DNA of 64,000 nucleotides, from positions 4,650,001-4,714,000 of the forward strand of contig CM120645.1 of assembly GCA_051362555.1 (NCBI GenBank). Reading direction: 5' to 3'. The notes under the pieces are model-generated. The model had not been told where the DNA came from and searched no databases. It was given only the letters and a program-made list of their open reading frames with translations. This DNA is from Lingula anatina. Its lineage: Eukaryota > Animalia > Brachiopoda. Shown one piece after another: positions 55,030 through 64,000 of the stretch (positions within the stretch are counted from its first letter, which is position 1; every line of letters begins with the position of its first letter). The position numbers were made by a program, and so were the translations under genes.

Positions 55030-56388
55030 TCACAGCACTCCGTTTGCTTCCAATAAATTAAGAAATTTTAAGAAAGGGTTAGATCCGACAATTTGTTTGA
55101 GAAAAGAGAAGTTTCTTAAAAGTTGGTCAGTTAGATGGTTTACTGTATGATTTAAGATAATGTGTCATTTTATAGCCGCTTCTATTTGCTTGCTGTCAAA
55201 CATGCTGTATAGGTTTCTACAGTTGCGCATGAAATGTGTACAGAACCTTAAAATGTTATATCAATGTTTTATTGGTCCTTTATCAAATTTGTAGAACGAA
55301 TGCAATAAATGATCATCTATGCACTGTCCCTGACCACGTGTACAGTTTGTTTTCAAATTATGCATCAGAAATGAATACAAAATGCACTGTTACGGTACTA
55401 TGCAAAGTACGTAGTAAGACTTTCCTGTATCAAATTATATGACAAAATCTTGGTTAAGTCACAACAATGGTATTTATTCTCTTGAATACAATAAATTACT
55501 GGTGGGAATTAATTCTCTGTAACAAAAATTCTTAGTTTTTCTATTCATAATTCAAAAGCCATTATCAGTTTCAAAATTTTCATACATCGGAAAATATCAC
55601 AGCTGTAAGAAACTCAAGAGAATACATATTCAGGTCTTCATTAAATAACATGTTTCCGGGAAATTCTTTGCTACTCTTTTTACAAAAAAAAAAAAATCCT
55701 GCTAAAGTGTTACCAAAGTGACATATCAATGTTTTACATAAACAAAACTTATCAATTACACAACATATTTGATTTGAACAGAAAAAATTCCATCTACTTT
55801 ATCTTGCATTATGTAGCATATAATTATCTTGGTGTGTTAAGAAGTACTGAGGGAGTACTTCTGGACAGTTAATATTTATATATAGTGTAGTCCTCAAAGC
55901 TATAATTCATAATTATGTTATCATACTCAAAACCATAATTCATTATAATGTAATGATAGTCGAAACCATAATCAATAACTATGTAAGATAACATTATTTA
56001 CTGTTAGTTGGCATACATCTTCTGCCAGGCTTTCTTGATGTTTATCACAAGTTATGATAGATGAATATAATATATGCTCATTTCTCCTTGCACTGTATTT
56101 ACAAAATGAAAACTACCAGTAGAATGTTCACATTCCATCCAATAAGTAAAATAAAAATACATGTATTCAACTTTCAACTCTTTTATCATGATTTTTAAAT
56201 GCGGCTTCTCCTCCCGCCCCCCCCAAAAAAAAAAATAATAATAAGTTCACGAAACTGGTGTTCATACAGACATTACACAAAAAGTGTCAGTATGAAAAGA
56301 ACTATTTGTTTCTGAATTATACAATTAATGAAATTCTCTGAAGATTCTTTATTCCTATCAACCAGCAAATTTTTTATATACAAATGTT

Positions 56389-63695
<7,307 letters not shown>

Positions 63696-63853
63696 CTAGA
63701 GTTGATAATTATTCAAAATAACAATTTTAAGTTAAATGTTAGTTATGGGACCCATCGTGTTTAATTTTGTTTCAACTTTATACCATAGAGTTAGTTCATC
63801 AAGAAACTAAGCAGATCTTATCTACTGTATGCAAGTCTCCAGTATGAGATTTA

Positions 63854-63986
63854 GGCCACTTTCACATCAATGGTAATGTTCTAATTTGAGAGAGAATTTA
63901 ACAGCCTGATTTCTACGTAAGTCAGCTGCTTCACTTGTCAAACTGGTGAAGAACAGAAAACTGTCCACCTCGATGTGAAAAGGCCC
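63854..63986. mobile_element. 133-bp Harbinger-like MITE
   Basis: TIRs GGCCACTTTCACATC / GGGCCTTTTCACATC with TTA on both flanks (63851-63853, 63987-63989). Confidence 0.65.
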
Positions 63987-64000
63987 TTAATTTCCCTTCT

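Overview
AT-rich animal genomic DNA with spliceosomal introns, probably from a lophotrochozoan or other marine invertebrate (inferred from the repeat types, not proven). It holds three protein-coding genes reconstructed by hand with phase-consistent splice sites. CEP83/CCDC41 is complete (+, 11 coding exons, about 725 aa). A MiT/TFE-family bHLH-Zip gene (MITF/TFE3/TFEB-like) is complete (-, 8 coding exons, about 455 aa) and lies tail-to-tail with CEP83. The last four exons of MCM3AP/GANP (-) are also present. Mobile DNA includes two copies of a non-autonomous Helentron-like (HINE) element carrying a 146-bp satellite array, TTAA-flanked Kolobok-like elements, TTA-flanked Harbinger-like MITEs and several microsatellites. 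The most interesting observations are: (1) two candidate alternative first coding exons inside MITF introns, one architecturally equivalent to vertebrate MITF-M and one Cys/His-rich; (2) a compact NF-kB/CRE/CCAAT/CLEAR promoter module suggesting MITF autoregulation; (3) a mobile satellite in which most monomers carry a perfect nuclear-receptor DR1 site; (4) a probable GC-AG intron in MCM3AP next to a (CA)48 tract. All homology calls are from recognition of the translated sequence; no database searches were run.
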